Made by a program: the position numbers and the translations under genes
Assembly: GCF_006345805.1 (NCBI RefSeq)
Contig: NC_043003.1
Location: 57,908,001-57,972,000, forward strand
From: Octopus sinensis
Taxonomy: Eukaryota
Direction of reading: 5' to 3'
Length of the DNA: 64,000 bases
Notes under the pieces: model-generated
What the model saw: only the letters and a program-made list of their open reading frames with translations
Told to the model about the DNA's origin: nothing
The model's database searches: none
Part shown: piece after piece, positions 63,070 to 64,000 of the stretch
How positions within the stretch are numbered: position 1 is the stretch's first letter
Layout of the letters: each line of letters begins with the position of its first letter

Positions 63070-63485
63070 TGAGCCTGTACACACAACCTGCTAGAAATTG
63101 CAGCCAAATCTCCCTCAAATTACACTTTACTGTCTTTAAGAAATGAAGGACTCTTAACAAGTTCATTGGGTGGTGGTGAAACAATTGCTGGGGCATAGAA
63201 TGTGAATGCTCCCTTCTCAGCCCCCACCCCCACCCCATTAACCTACTTAGCAAGTGAATTGGTGAAGAAGAAATTCCCCTTGTATTTAACTGGTACTGGT
63301 TTTATAAGTTATTGATTCTGAAAGAACGAAAAATAAAGTCACCCTTGGGCGAGTTTGAACTCAGGACCTTTAGAACCAGGACAAATACTGCAAGGCATGC
63401 TATCCAGTGTTGCAATGGCTAGGGTGCTAATCATCTGAAGTCTGCTCATTCAGGACTTAACCTGGGGTTAAACAGCAACAACAGC
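63070..63485 (+). mobile_element. Repeat family E interrupted by a degenerate minus-strand SINE A (about 63285-63415)
   Basis: aacctgctagaaattgcagccaaatctccctcaaattacac...[actggtactggtt..gagtttgaactcagga]...acctggggttaaacagcaac. Confidence 0.55.
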
Positions 63486-63910
63486 CAACATTATCTTTAA
63501 GTTGAGCTAATATGGGGCTTTTTCTTCATAACCATTTGATGGCTGTTAGTTTAAACTTTTCTCCACCTTCATTTTCTTTCTTTTAACTACATGTTAGACA
63601 CACACACACACACACACACAGAGTACACACACACACACACACACACAAAATGTATGTATGTTTATCTCTATTCTATGTACCTATATGTCTATTGACCTAT
63701 CTGTGTGTAAGTACATATATTTATGTATACATATATATATGTACATAATATATATATGTTTGTGTGTGTACATATGTATATGTGTATGATATATATATAT
63801 ATATATAGATGTACACACACACACACACATATATTTATTCATACATATATATATGTATATATAAATTGATCAAAATAAAAATAAAAATAAAAACATGAGG
63901 CGAAGATTCA

Positions 63911-63988
63911 GCGGTACATATGTTTCGGGCCTTTATTAGACAGATTCATAACAAATCATAATGTATGTCTGTGGCCTTCTTCAGCCGC
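63911..63988 (-). ncRNA. Candidate type I hammerhead ribozyme (Penelope-like/retrozyme type)
   Basis: Minus strand reads GCGG-CTGAAGA-A-GGCC-[41 nt]-GGCC-C-GAAAC-ATAT-GTA-CCGC, with core motifs plus stems I, II and III. Confidence 0.65.
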
Positions 63989-64000
63989 GCACAACAGCTT

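Noticed and set aside
2638-63253. The many 60-238 aa ORFs in the supplied track ([12 protein letters not shown], poly-I/L/S/N/H)
   Set aside because: They are translations of di- and trinucleotide repeats that lack stop codons in some frames, and have no domain-like content.

Overview
AT-rich eukaryotic DNA saturated with microsatellites and repeats. The SINE and LINE repertoire looks like octopus (coleoid cephalopod); this is inferred from recalled repeat motifs, not from a database search. I can support no intact protein-coding gene, rRNA, true tRNA or CRISPR array. Almost all ORFs in the supplied track are translations of simple repeats. The only recognisable protein sequence comes from decayed, 5'-truncated 3' ends of non-LTR retrotransposons: four distinct RTE-clade lineages, two CR1-like elements nested one inside the other, and two R4/Dong-like restriction-endonuclease elements. 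The window also holds dozens of tRNA-derived SINE copies (called families A-D here), an unclassified dispersed repeat (E), and piggyBac-type TTAA MITEs. The best leads are two type I hammerhead-ribozyme motifs with palindromic stem III (63911-63988 minus; 17078-17140 plus) plus a decayed third, and a textbook recursive-splice-site motif at 12934-12967 suggesting a long plus-strand intron. Other leads are several informative nested, inverted or tandem transposon architectures. Repeat boundaries are approximate unless a TSD or TIR is quoted.
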